Positions 13,706 through 26,309 of a DNA stretch of 64,000 nt are shown here, piece by piece. The notes under the pieces were generated by a model, which was not told where the DNA came from, searched no databases, and saw only the letters and a list, made by a program, of their open reading frames with translations. Source of the stretch: Lama guanicoe (Eukaryota); assembly GCA_013239625.1 (NCBI GenBank), contig MU057355.1, positions 10,833,914 to 10,897,913 on the forward strand, in the 5' to 3' direction. Positions within the stretch are counted from its first letter, which is position 1. Each line of letters starts with the position of its first letter. Made by a program: the position numbers and the translations under genes.

Positions 13706-16687
13706 AAAGTCTAGAATGTACTGTTCTAAATAACCATGTTTTCAAAAACTGTAAACAGTGCTCCAAAGGAAAAGCATATGGAATTGGTAGAGAAGGCAAT
13801 TGCTAGACTTGATTTCCAACTTCTGGATTTATATGCATGCATAAAATGATTTTCTTTGGACAGTATTGGAAGAGCCTAGTTTGGACTCATTAAAGAAGAG
13901 CTCGTTTTTTATTCTGATAAAATTTGCTTGATTTGCAGAAATCTGCTCTATTGGAGTCACTCATTTGAGTTAGGCTATATCCAAGGGCCACTGCATGGGT
14001 GCGGGAATAAGATCTCTAAGTGTGATTGTTTCATCCAAGAATTCAAGCTGCCGCCATTAATCCATCAGCCTAAGAAGGAAACTAACATGTATTATATGCT
14101 CATGTGCTCAGCAGGTAGCAAGCTCTTTAAACATAGAATCAATCTCACTATACATAGCGTTTCCTAAGTGTGAAAACTCCCATTTTACAGATGAGGAAAC
14201 TAAGGCTCAGAAAGTATGTGGCCAGACCTGCCAGAGCTCAGACTCATTAAACTGAAATCTTTCTCACTCCCTGTTTTTTCTATACAACCCAAAATAATTG
14301 TTTATTTCATATGATGCAGAGAGCATAGCCCTGTGAGATGAAATCATCTTTAAAGGCCTGTCTAAGCTACAGTTATGCAAGAATGTATACAAAATTCACA
14401 GAATGGTGAAAATGGCCATCTATCTCCATACTAAAAATTAACAACAAAAAATGTCTTAAACTTCTCCGGCATAAAGTCAGCAGTCAGATGTTTGAACTCA
14501 AAGGACCTCAGCAAAGTAGGTCCTGCTGAATTAAATGTGCCTTTAATTGGTGTTTTGGTTGAATGTCCCTTTTGCAGCAAAGGGATCCACAATAACCCCC
14601 ATTAACATGGAGATCGTTTTCCAACTGAGTGAACAGAATTGGGTAAGGGTGTAAAGTTTGGTTGTTCTATTTTCAGTGGTGCTCCGTTTGTGAAGTTAAT
14701 GATGTAGAAGTAATTTGTGTGGACAGGTCAAAATATTTCCAGCAACATTAGTTTAGCTGGCCAATGCAAACACAACCTGGGACGCATTTTATACCTTCCT
14801 CTCCAATTCTCTCACCCCAGGATTCAGGCGTAACAGCGCTACCCTGAACACCAAGCATGTATTTTAATTCCTGTTTTGACACAAACTAAATGTACTGTGA
14901 GCCCTTCCACTCTCTCTTTTGTATTTCTGTCAAATAATATGAAGGAACTATTCCCTTCCTCGTTTATCAGTAAATCTTTCTCTATAGTGAACTCTTCTAC
15001 TCCTCAATGTTATTGGAACTTATGTTTTATTTACTTCAGTAATCTACAGCTAACTTACACTGAATCCTTAGAGCACCCCAGACAATGGGTTAAGCACTTT
15101 ATATGATATTAATTCATCCTCAAAACACCTCATTTTAGAGGGAAGGGAATGAAGCACCAAGAATTTAAATAATTCACCAAGATTTCACAGGTAGTGAGGT
15201 GGGGGAGGGGGGCTACAATTTTAGCAAGCAGGAAATCAAGCTTGAGAGCCCGAATGCTTAGTCACTGAACCATTTCATCAGGCATTACTACTCAGCCATA
15301 TCATCCAGTGAATTCCAGCAATGACCTCCCAACTCAAACCCAGAACCAAGCTCTAAAGGTGGACTTCCAGTGTGGGAGTTGTGTGTCCTAGGATTTGATG
15401 TTCTCCCCTCGACTCAAGCTTCTGCCCTCCTTGCACAGGTCACTTCTTTCTGGAACTCAGTTTCCTCGATTATAAAAAGAGAGAGTCACACTAAAGACCT
15501 CTCTAAAAAGAATATTCTCTCTCTTTTGTTTTCTTCCTGTGGATCGGAGCTCCTGTTTCGGTTTGTCCACGTCGAAGTTCCCTCTGAACTTTCTGCTTAA
15601 CCAGGACTGTAACCCAACCAGTGCGCCCATCCTTCAGGAGCTCATATTACAAAAGAATCACAAAGCTTTGTTGCTGGAAGGGAAGTCGGTGCTTAAAGGA
15701 TGTGGATGATAAACCAGGAGGTGAAAGCAACACTCTTCTTCAACGTCTTCTTTATCATGTTAACTGCCGCTCCTGTGAGCACCCGTTTTTCAGAGGTATA
15801 TTTGAGACCACACAGAATCGTAGTTTTCTGTTTGCTGGGATAATGGAAGAAGGAAGGTTAACCCTCAAGACAACTTTTAAAACTAATATAAAATGAGAAG
15901 GTAAATATTTGCTATGAATCTGGCATTGGACTAAACACATTCTATGTCTTTTCTCCTTTGAGTCTCATTGGAACTCTGAGGCAGATGTTACCATCAACCT
16001 CATTTCCAGAGATGAAAACAAAGGCTATGAGAATTTAGAAGACTTGCCTGAGGCTAGGGAGCTACTGAGTGGTTAGCTGAGATTACAACCAAACAACTGA
16101 ACTGCAAAGCGCTTGCTGTTAAACATTGTACTCCACCAACTCCTGATCCAATATGGTTGTTGTGAAGACCCATCAGAAGTGCTTTGGAAATGACAAAGGG
16201 CATTTGAAAAGTAAGAATCCATTTGGCACAAACCACAATGAACACAAACTAGGATTAGGCCCATTAAGCAGCAGCTTCAGTTAGGTTTGAAAAGCAAATT
16301 TCTCTTGGTAACACTGTCGCCATTAGTTTCAGCTTTCTTTTACCACTTGAAAACGTATTAATGCCAATAATTAACATTTTATTTTTCCATTTCTATGATT
16401 CTTAACCTCAACGTTATTCTAGTATTTAAGAAAATAAGGGAAAAGTCCCCTTTTTAGTTCACTGATAAATGGTTTCCTACTTGGATGTGGAAAACCTAGA
16501 TATGTCAAATTAGCCAGATCTAGCTTTATTGGGAAAAAATTTAAGATGCTGGCCAAATTGCCAAATAGGACTTCTCAGATGGTTTGTAAATCTGAGGAAT
16601 TCAGCATATCAGTTGGTCATAAGGAGTGGTACCTTTGATGAAAGAGAGAAAAAGATTATGATTATTTCATAATCATCTTGTCTGGAA

Positions 16688-16719
16688 TGTGTGTGTGTGT
16701 GTGTGTGTGTGTTTGTGTG
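16688..16719 (+). repeat. (TG)n microsatellite
   Basis: Direct reading. Confidence 0.95.
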
Positions 16720-18278
16720 CACGTGCTGTATGCACATCTGCACATGTAGATGTGGTTTAATTTTGCTTCCCCCAGAATGTCTATTTTTTGAAGAAAGATC
16801 TTTTTTTGTCAAAACTTAGTCAAATTAACTCAAGGGAATAGGTAATGTCACAATCATTAAAAAAGGAATTATGTAATAACTGCCTCTCAAGAAATTACCT
16901 AGATTTTTCTGTGGGAATTATTTTCTTTATAGTCAAGAAAATACAAACACAGCACATGAAGCAGATTAAAGGCCCAACGGTCAGTATTTTCTAATATAAA
17001 TAAAGGAAAACACCAGTTTTCCAAGTGGATTTCTTTTCCTAAAATTGTTCTTTTACAAAAAATCAGTATTTGCTTTTGCTTTGGGGTTGAACTAAATAAT
17101 ATTGTTTTTTAAAAAAGCCATATGACCCTTGAAAAGTGTAATTTCAATAATATTCATTTCAACACAGGAATGACTATGAAACAGAACAAGGTTTAAGGGA
17201 GAGATACTCTATTCATGTTTAAAGGACAGGGCCAGGGTAGCATTCCACTTGCTGTTAGGATTTTTAGATTTAGCCTGCACTTTAGATAAATTCTCAAGTA
17301 TTCATTTAATCCTACAATTATGTGATATTGAAATTACCATTCAAATGTGTCAGGAGAACCAAATGCAATTTCCTAAAGCACAAAGCAAAGATGTGTGTGT
17401 GTGTGTGCTTGCATGCAGTGTGTAGATGTGTATGTGTTTTAATCAATTTAACACTAGGGGGCTCTAGTTACAAAACCAGTAACTTGTCAAAAGTTTAAAA
17501 TCCTGGGATGTGACTTTGGAGAACAGATGGATTCTAACCCACTGAATCAAGCGCTGTTGTCTTCCAAAGTCTTGCAGGCATTAAGAATAGCACCAGGCTT
17601 TTAGGTTTGAAATGTTACAAATCGCTAAAAGAGCAGGCTTAAAATCCTAGAAGTCCTTATTTCACAGAGTAAAACAACAAGTTGCACTGACAGCCTCAAG
17701 GATGTAGAATTCATGTGCTCTGCAATCCTACATTGTACCCTTATGGTACTCTGTTATTTTCAAATCATTTTCACATATACTTTGACCCTCTCAATAATCG
17801 GTCAGGTAGATAAGGGAGGTAGATGTTGGCCTCATTAAAGGCAGGGACACAGACTCAGACAAGGGGCAGAAACTTGCTCAAGGTTAGGTAGCTCATGAGT
17901 GATAGCATTAGGCCTGGTTTCCTGACGTACCAGCTCCAGGCTCAAAGCTCTTTCGCCCTAATAGACAAGGGAAGAGCATTAGGCTTTGCCCTATGTAATA
18001 TGTCCAACACAGCCCTTTCATTATGTACAATGCTCCCTTCCAGGGAATTAAATACCCCTACCACCCACCCATCAAACATCCAAAATGTAGTTTGAATCCC
18101 TAGGAAACTGAAAACACTGAAGAAATCTTTTGTTGAGGTAGGAGAGGGAGGGATACGGCTAGGAAGGAAGCTTCTTACACTTGGTAACTTTTGGCTTTCA
18201 ATTATATTTTAATTTTTTTAAAGTTTTGTTTTACCTAAGCCAGCAATTATCCATGAATTTCGCCTAAATATGCCAGTT

Positions 18279-18292
18279 CTGCCAGGTGGCAG
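18279..18292 (+). promoter_or_regulatory. Candidate CTCF site
   Basis: CTGCCAGGTGGCAG is close to the CTCF core CCRSYAGRKGGCR; motif match only. Confidence 0.3.
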
Positions 18293-18419
18293 AGTCGGTG
18301 TGATATTAAAGCCCAGATTAGTCAAAATCCACAAGCCGAAGGGAAAATGATGGATGACGGCTGCCATTCAATGAGCAGTTACTGTGGACCTGATGGCTAC
18401 AGTGCACTTTGCAAAACTC

Positions 18420-19505
18420 TCCCTTCATCCATCCTTTCCTGCTCCAGTGCCACCATCTTAATCTTAACCACCCTCTGGTCTGTTAAGACAATGCCTCCCT
18501 TGAATCCAAACCACTAATTCTTATCTGAATACATACATGAATAGAATAATCCTAAAACAAGCATATTTTGATTTTAATAAAAGGATAAACTAATATCATA
18601 TACCAATTATACCTCAATTTGAAAAAAGAGAGGGGCCGAAAATGTCATCTCATGACAATGTATTCTCAACTCTACACCCCAAATATACACAAATAGATCA
18701 TGTGACTCACCTTCTTAGAACCCTTCAGTGACTTTCCATCGCCCCAGGATGACGCTGGAAATCTGAAACACCACTGGCCATGGCCCTCTGTGAGCTGCTT
18801 CCCCCCACTTTCTCTCTCTTGCCCCTCACAACTGGCTTTCCACCAGTTATTTGAATGTGCCAAACTCCTTCAAACTCAAGGCATCTGTGTATGCTGTTTC
18901 CTTCTACTAGAATGCCCACCCTTCCCACCTACACATCCCTCAGGTCTCAGTTTAAATACCTAGTGTTCTGGAAGGCTTTCCTCACTCCCACCCAGTCCCA
19001 CACCAGGTTAGGTCCCTGTGTGTTGTTGTTTTTCTGTTTGTTCCATTTTTTTTTTTTTAGTGATTATCACAATAAGCGTAGGAAACATCTATCATCTCAT
19101 ATAGATACAAAATTAAAGAAATAGAAAAAAACTGTTCTTGTGACAAGAACTCTTAGGATTCACTCTCTTAACAACCTTCATATATAATACACAGCAGCGT
19201 TAATTATTATTTATCATGTTGTACCTTATATTCCTAGAACTTATCTACCTTTTAACTGAAAGTTTGTACCTTTTAACTCCCTTCATCCAATTTTTCCACC
19301 CCTGCCTCTGGTAACCAAAAATCTGGATCTCTTTTCCTATGAGTCTGTTTGTGAAGTATAATTGTAGGTCCCTGTGTTTTTTGATCTCTTCAGCATCCTG
19401 TGTATCTCCTTCATTATACTCATAACCAAGTTAATCACTGGGGGGAGAATTTGGTTAATGCATCTACCCTGTATCTGGTTTGTTAAGCATGGAATACCTA
19501 AAGAC
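18420..19505. mobile_element. L2 fragment interrupted by L1 pieces (other L2 fragments at about 6420-6760, 7800-8100, 12620-12830, 29640-29950, 33090-33330, 43950-44680, 56590-56860)
   Basis: GATCATGTGACTCACCTTCTTAGAACCCTTCAGTGACTT, TGCTGTTTCCTTCTACTAGAATGCC and TTCTGGAAGGCTTTCCT. Confidence 0.7.
19022..19364 (-). mobile_element. L1 3' fragment (L1MA-like) inserted in an L2, with TSD
   Basis: T-rich tail, then GAACTCTTAGGATTCACTCTCTTAACAAC...AACTGAAAGTTTGTACC. TSD TAGGTCCCTGTGT at 19009-19021 and 19365-19377. Confidence 0.85.
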
Positions 19506-19509
19506 TAAC

Positions 19510-19748
19510 ACAGTATTTTTCAAGCTTTTAAAATTATCCTCCACAATAAAAAATAAATAAAATTTACATCATAACCAGTACACACATACACACAAATAAC
19601 TGAAACAAAAGTTTCGTGAACATTACATGCCCTTTCTAGAGTAACTCACTTGGTACATTCTGTTCTGCTTTTAATAGGTTGGATACAACTCAGTTTATTG
19701 ATTTTACAGCCTCCTAATGGATTCAACTCTCATTTTAAACAATCAGCC
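19510..19748. mobile_element. hAT-Charlie-derived MITE
   Basis: CAGTATTTTTCAAG...ACCAGTACACACATACAC..AACTGAAACAAAAGTTTC...TTGATTTTACAGCCTCCTAATGG. Confidence 0.55.
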
Positions 19749-21236
19749 ATCTACGCGTAGCAGATAGTAAGGTCCTCAGAAAATTGGAGAATAAACAAAT
19801 GACAAAATATTTACCAGCCACCATTTAAACTCAGTTTGTTTGTTTGTTTACATTGTATCACAGTTTGTTTGATTATTGCTTTGTCCCTCCCAGGAGAAAG
19901 AGACCCCAGGAGAGCTGACTCAGGTTTGTTTTTACAAAGCAAAAGCAAGGCTTACCATCCTAGGTACAATTATTTCCATTGATTAGACTGATGAGATCAA
20001 GGTCATGAATTTGATCTCATTCTGATCAGTTGGTTTCTCTGTCCGAAGGCCACAGACTGCTTTGCCCCCAAGTAACCTTCGGAAAGAGAGGCTGACCCAC
20101 TATTTTGCTTGTTATTGCTGATCATAACATTCCTATCATTACAACAAATAGATTTCCGAAAAAGAAAAAAAAAACTTTCCAGTAATTCTTTAATAATACC
20201 ACCAAATTCATTTTTGCTTTTGGCTCTTAGGAGTAATACATGAACTGTCTTACCTAAATGGTCAGATTTCAGGGCTTTGCTAACTTATTTCCAAACATTT
20301 GGTTTAACATGATTATAATCCTGCCCTGTTGAATGCCAGGACTCCTCCAATAGGAAACCGATGTATTTCTTAATAACTAGTTAATATCATGCCTTTTTTT
20401 TTTACCATCGTATCTTGCTGTTCCACCAGATATCTACAAACCTTGATTTCCTTTCTTCATTCCCACTTCTCACCATCCAGGAAACTACCACAAAAAACAA
20501 GCAACAAAATCCTCCCAGGACTGACAATCTTACTATGGCAACAGTTCTCTGCAGGACCAGGTGAACTGAAGGTAAGAGCTCCCCACACATTCGGGAACCC
20601 TATGAGCACAGACGGAGCTTTCACAAGGAAAACTAAATAAAGCTGTGTGGTGAGGGGGGCTGGCTCCTAAGGAAGTTGTAAAGGGATGTGTCCCTTGGAC
20701 AGCTGTCTAGCTGGGAGTGCATGGAGTCCTCCCTTAGGTCTCACTCCGGGGGCACAATTGCAGGGCAAAACTATTATTCCCGTTGTGCTTTTGTTAAACC
20801 TTGTCAGGCATTCATTGCCTTGGGGAAAAGTTTATGTAAATCAAGGCTTCCTTGTGTTTGAGAACTGAAAACTGTGGGTAGAACTAGCATTCCAACAGTA
20901 CATTTTATCTCCTCTGCTGTCTATTCCTAGACATGCACAATTGACTTAAGATTCCTCTCTGTCCACTTATGGAACAACTGTCTATAAAAAAGGACAGAAC
21001 GAACAAGTACCTCTGTTAATAGTTGGTTCCTAGGAAATTATATTCCTCTTACTAGAAGTTAAGTCAAGTGAACGTCCTCTAATTTTACTGTGGGGGACAG
21101 TGGTTTATAAACCCTTATAATTTACCCAAAATTAGGAGGGTTTTAGTTCTTTTTTTTTTAAAGTGAGATTTATAACCCTTAGAAATTTCCTCTATAGACG
21201 GGAGCTCTTATCAGAGAATTTAGAATGTAGAATTTC

Positions 21237-21622
21237 TTTTTTTTTTTTTTTTATTGAAGTATAGTGAGTTACAGTGTGTCAATTTCTGGTGTACAGCATG
21301 TCCCAGTCATGCATAAATATACATATAATCATTTTCATATTTTTTCATTAAAAGTTATTATAAGATATTGAATATAGTTCCCTGTGTTATACAGAAGAAA
21401 TTTTGTTTTTTATCTATTTTTATAGTGGTTAAGACTTGCAAATCGCAAACTTGTTTATCACTTGCCACCCTCTTTCCCCCAGTTACCATAGACTGCTTAC
21501 TATGTCTGTGAGTCTGTTTCTGTTTTATAGATGAGTTCATTGGTGTTGTCTTTATTTCTTTTCTTTTTTTGATTCCACACGTGAGTGATATCACATGGTA
21601 TTTTTCCTTCTCTTTCTAGGTT
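21237..21622 (-). mobile_element. L1 3' end (last ORF2 codons plus 3'UTR)
   Basis: Poly-T, then ATTGAAGTATAG...; the ORF MISLTCGI at 21594 matches the L1 ORF2 C-terminus. Confidence 0.88.
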
Positions 21623-21789
21623 AACATTTCCCTATTCTTCAAAAAGCAGAGTTACCACTGAGATTTCAAGCAATGAACAGTATCCCCGGCTCTTATCTAA
21701 CCTCTGTCCACAGCTGATTATTCTGTTTTCATAGTTTTCAATGGTTCCCTGTTAAAATCTGAATGAGCAGCTTGTATAAAAAGAAGCCT

Positions 21790-22450
21790 GCTTTCCCCAA
21801 CCTGATCTGACCCTATTTGCTTGGTTATATAAATGCTTTGTGTGTTTTATTTTTCAAAGCCAGCATCTATCGACATACTTGACCTAAAACTCCACACTTT
21901 ACTCCATGAAATACAGTGATATAAGAAGTGTGGAAAAAAGGAAAAAGAAAAACATTCTCCTAAGTTACCTTAGACTTAAAATCATTTTGGAATAGCAGAA
22001 AGCAAGGGAGCTAACATAAAGAAAAGCTTAGTTACCCACATGGCAGGGAGTCCTACTTTTTAAATATGTCACTTAAAAGAGCATCAAAAGAATATTCACA
22101 TCAATGACTTTTAATGCAAAATTCATTTTAATATTGTAAACAAATGACAAGAGTAATTTTGTAGATTCTNNNNNNNNNNNNNNNNNNNNNNNNNNNNNNN
22201 NNNNNNNNNNNNNNNNNNNNNNNNNNNNNNNNNNNNNNNNNNNNNNNNNNNNNNNNNNNNNNNNNNNNNNNNNNNNNNNNNNNNNNNNNNNNNNNNNNNN
22301 NNNNNNNNNNNNNNNNNNNNNNNNNNNNNNNNNNNNNNNNNNNNNNNNNNNNNNNNNNNNNNNNNNNNNNNNNNNNNNNNNNNNNNNNNGGTCCATGTGT
22401 TTTGCTTTTTCTATTTCAACTCTGTGGAACTGTGCAGTGTGGATCAGTGG
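21790..22450 (+). promoter_or_regulatory. A1CF: Candidate A1CF promoter / non-coding exon 1 region (core probably inside N-run 22170-22389)
   Basis: Repeat-free sequence about 28 kb upstream of the coding exon, similar to the recalled human 5' intron span. It contains TATATAAA (21826-21833) and FOXA-like motifs (TATTTGC about 21814; TGTAAACA 22135-22142) just before a 220-nt mask. Exon 1 itself is not visible. Confidence 0.35.
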
Positions 22451-22720
22451 GAATGCAATGAAAAAAGCTGCTACCCTCTTCTACCATAGAGCTGAATTCA
22501 GGGATTTTTCTAGTTTGTTTTCATACTAACGAAGCAACCCGAAAACAAAAGAAAACGTTAGAATAATCATCTAAACTCAAAATGCGATAGCAGCCATCGT
22601 TTGCTGTTTGATTTAATCAATTTCTGGGGCTCAAATATGTAGATTTACCACTTGGTGTACAAGGGCTGATGTTTCTGAGAGTGTATTTAGCAACAGCCAG
22701 ACAGCAGGGAGAGTTGTGGT

Positions 22721-22746
22721 TGCCTGCCTGCCTGCCTGCCTGCCTG
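22721..22746 (+). repeat. (TGCC)6 microsatellite
   Basis: Direct reading. Confidence 0.9.
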
Positions 22747-25700
22747 GTTCTAGGATCCGGGAAACATAAAAGTGTAATTAGCAAAAGTATTAAAATCACT
22801 GGCAGACTCTGAATTCTCTGAATGGGTCATCATTTCTTCTATACTTTAAACTTCATCTATTCAATCATCTCCTTCCCTCTCCTCCTTTACCCTGCACCAC
22901 CACCAAAAACACAAAAACAAAACAAGAAACAAAAACCACCTTGCTGAATTCTTGCTGTTTCTTCTGCCATTACTATACTAACCAAAGGAATGCCATAATC
23001 TATTTACTTGTCATTCTAGGAAAAAAAAAAAAAACAGAAACAGTCATGGAAAATGATTGGCTTTGAGTTTACTAAATCTCAACCCTGAGATGGCTGGCTA
23101 ATTATTAGATATTTTCCTTTCAGGATGGTCTGGGCAACTGTGCTGCAGTGGGTATACTCCACACCATCATTTTGTCCACTCTAAAAAGAAAATACACAAT
23201 CAGAAAATGATGGTATTTTATCAAAAATAAGAAATCAATCAGGGCAATTACCAGGAATATCACATTCTTTCCAGAATCCTCTTAAATTCTCTGATAGGAA
23301 TACTTCTCTTCTATGACTACCAAAGTAACTTCCAAGGAGAATGAGTTCCAGGTCAAAGAAGCTTCTTTATTATAGGATGTTTCAGATGTGTTTTGTGTGT
23401 CTCCAAAAAGGTGATGAACGCAGCATTATTTGTGTATTCTGCAGGATTAGTGTTTTGCAAAACGTGCACTGGCAAACCTAACTTTGTAATTTAGTACCAT
23501 CAAAGATGTGGCAGCCTGTTCCGAAACATTCTTTATAATATGTGCTGAGATGCACACAATAGGTCTGAAAATAGAAGTGAAATCACTTACTTGTCAAAGT
23601 GCTGAGGCCTTCCCCTGCTAAATACAGGTAATAAACAAATGACTTACAGGTTCATTTTTGAAGGGCCATATTATGGGGAACAATATCGAAACTTCCCATG
23701 TGATACACTTCTCATATTTTACTGTTTCAATTTATTATTTATCAAGTGTAAGGGAAGGGGAAAGATAACTGTCAGGAAAAGAAATTATTTGTTATGGGCA
23801 AACATAAAATGACATAATGGATATGAAAAAAGTGAATATTTAGTTATCATTTCCAACTGGGCTAAAACCAAGTTGGTTTGGTCATTTCAAATACAAGATT
23901 TCCTATACTGTATTCAGTGGACTTTAATATATGTGGCTCAATAAAGTGACTCCAGTGTCAAGGAAGTTAAGGAAATGGTAATTAGACAAGTTAAAGCAGC
24001 TCTTGTTACTACATGAGCATTTTCATTAATAGTAACAGTAACAGACACTTATTAAGCATACTGCCAAGTGTACTCTCCATGCATTTATCTCATGTTATTC
24101 TTAGACCAGCCGTATAAGGTAGGTACTATTACAACATTTTACAAAACAAGAAAATAGAAACACAAACAAGTTGCCCAACAGGCTGAACATTACCCAGTTA
24201 GGAAGGGGCAGGACCAGCTTTCTCAGCCAGGTGGTCTGACTCCAGAGCCCAAGCATATGACCCTCAGACTGCTCTCACGATGGCTGGAGATTTACTCCAT
24301 GTGAAAATGTGTTCATTCACCGTGAATATGCAGGAGAGTAGGCAATGTTTTGTTTCCTTCATTTATAACATAACATCTTTTGGTAACATCTTTTAATGTC
24401 TCTCAGAAATGGGAGTCCTCAGAACATAGATTAAGACCCAACAAATCACTTTTAGAGTCCAAGCCCAGCATTCATAACAACCAGAATTGATGGAAATCAT
24501 CACTTTTGAAATCATCACAACCAGAAACCTCTATGGGACCTCATAGTCTATCTTCCGTCAAACAGGACCATGCCTAACTTACTAGAGACTTTCTAAATTA
24601 ATCATAGACAGAACCCTGGACTTTTCTCCTGACAGAGCTGGGCTGGAATGCTTGTTGCAAAACTCCCTCAGTTTGTGACCTTGGGCATGATATTCAACTT
24701 CCTTGAATCTCAGATTCTTCAAATGTAAAACGAGGGTAAAATCTGTCCTGCAGAATTTAGTAAAGATGAAATGAGATAATAAAGCAAAGGAGTTAAGCAC
24801 AGTCCCGGGCACACAGAAGGAATTCAGCAAAATTCCCTTCCCTTTCCACTTCTCTATTTGTAAAATCCTCCAGGAAAGCTTCCTAAAACTTTCCAAACTT
24901 ACCCATTAGCTCGTCTCTGTCAAAACAACGCTAATATCACTTAAATCAAAAACTGTACATAAACAATGAAGGTTTGAGTAGTCACAAATAGAAACTCTAT
25001 CCCATTTATTCAGAAAATAAGAGAACTTATAATTTTCTTTAACTCTACAAAAAAGCAGAGTAGATTATTTTTATGTTAGAGAATGTTGCTCAAGAAAGCT
25101 TAGTTAAAAACCCCAGGCCCTTTTCACTGAAACCCACAGGATGGCCGTCACAGTGTGTTGTTCATTTCATCATACGGCCAGTTGTTGTTAAAAGTCTGTT
25201 TCAATAACTATCTTTTAAAATATTGTCACCCCTCAGGAAGCTGGGTAGGACGTTGGGTACTATTGCACAATGGTTGTCATTACCTTATGTGTCTCCAAAT
25301 GACTCAATAAGTTCAAACAAAACAGTATTGATCCACGGAGGATAAACACCATTTTATCTTACTCATGGAAACAGTAACTAGGCTCCTCTAAAGTGCAGTT
25401 ATAACCCCAAACTCCCCCCAGGGAAAGCATCTGGAAATGGAGCAGCACTTCTGTGACGACATTCTGTATCAGCAATCTAAACCCCATCTGCTCCTCGGCC
25501 TGGTAATGTAAGATCCAGGCGGTAAGTGACAAATATTTACTGCCGATTGGCTCAGAAAAGCTAGTTTATCATTTTTATTTCATCAAACCTAGTCCAACTA
25601 GGTTATCAGCTTTAAAAACTATTAAGAATTTTTAATTTAATAAGTAAAAAGTTTATGATGGATATTTTTGATTAAGCCAAACCAAAAATTAAAAGATTTC

Positions 25701-25915
25701 CCTTTGTAAAATTGGGTGTCTTAACTAAAATGTAGTGGTATCTTTAGCTCTCTAATTGGATTTTCTTGTAAAGATACATAAACTAAGTTTATACTTTCCT
25801 TATTCAGATATGTATGTGGAATTTTATATAAATAGTTATTAATGATCACATGGAAAACATTTTGCAGATTTGCTTATTCCAACAGGGCTCAGTCCCTGCT
25901 AATATTAAAAGCAAA

Positions 25916-25918
25916 GTA

Positions 25919-25969
<51 letters not shown>
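25916..25969 (+). repeat. (TAA)n microsatellite, about 16 units
   Basis: Direct reading. Confidence 0.95.
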
Positions 25970-26110
25970 TAAGGTAACTCCCTCTAGTTTGCAAGGTTAT
26001 GTTATGTACCATTCTTCCCCAGTCAATAATATGACTAAAAAGAATTAGCACATGACAGTTTGGCCAGAGAGAATGAGTAAGTGAGCAAACTGGTTTGCAA
26101 TTCTGTAAAA

Positions 26111-26309
26111 TGACCTAATTTGGAGCTTTAAATTGAGACCCAGATGCACCCAAACAGCAGCTCCATCAGCCTCCATAGAGTTATTCATTTTGGATCAAAA
26201 AGAGTATGTTTCCGGAAGTTCCTTTTTAAAATACAAATTAGTTGGGATACAACGAGGTTGGAATGTTCAGGAACACAAGGGAGCCTAAAATCCCCTCGCA
26301 TATTAACTA
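26111..26309 (+). repeat. 199-bp direct repeat, copy A
   Basis: TGACCTAATTTGGAGC...CGCATATTAACTA; 191/199 identical to 28046-28244. Confidence 0.97.
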
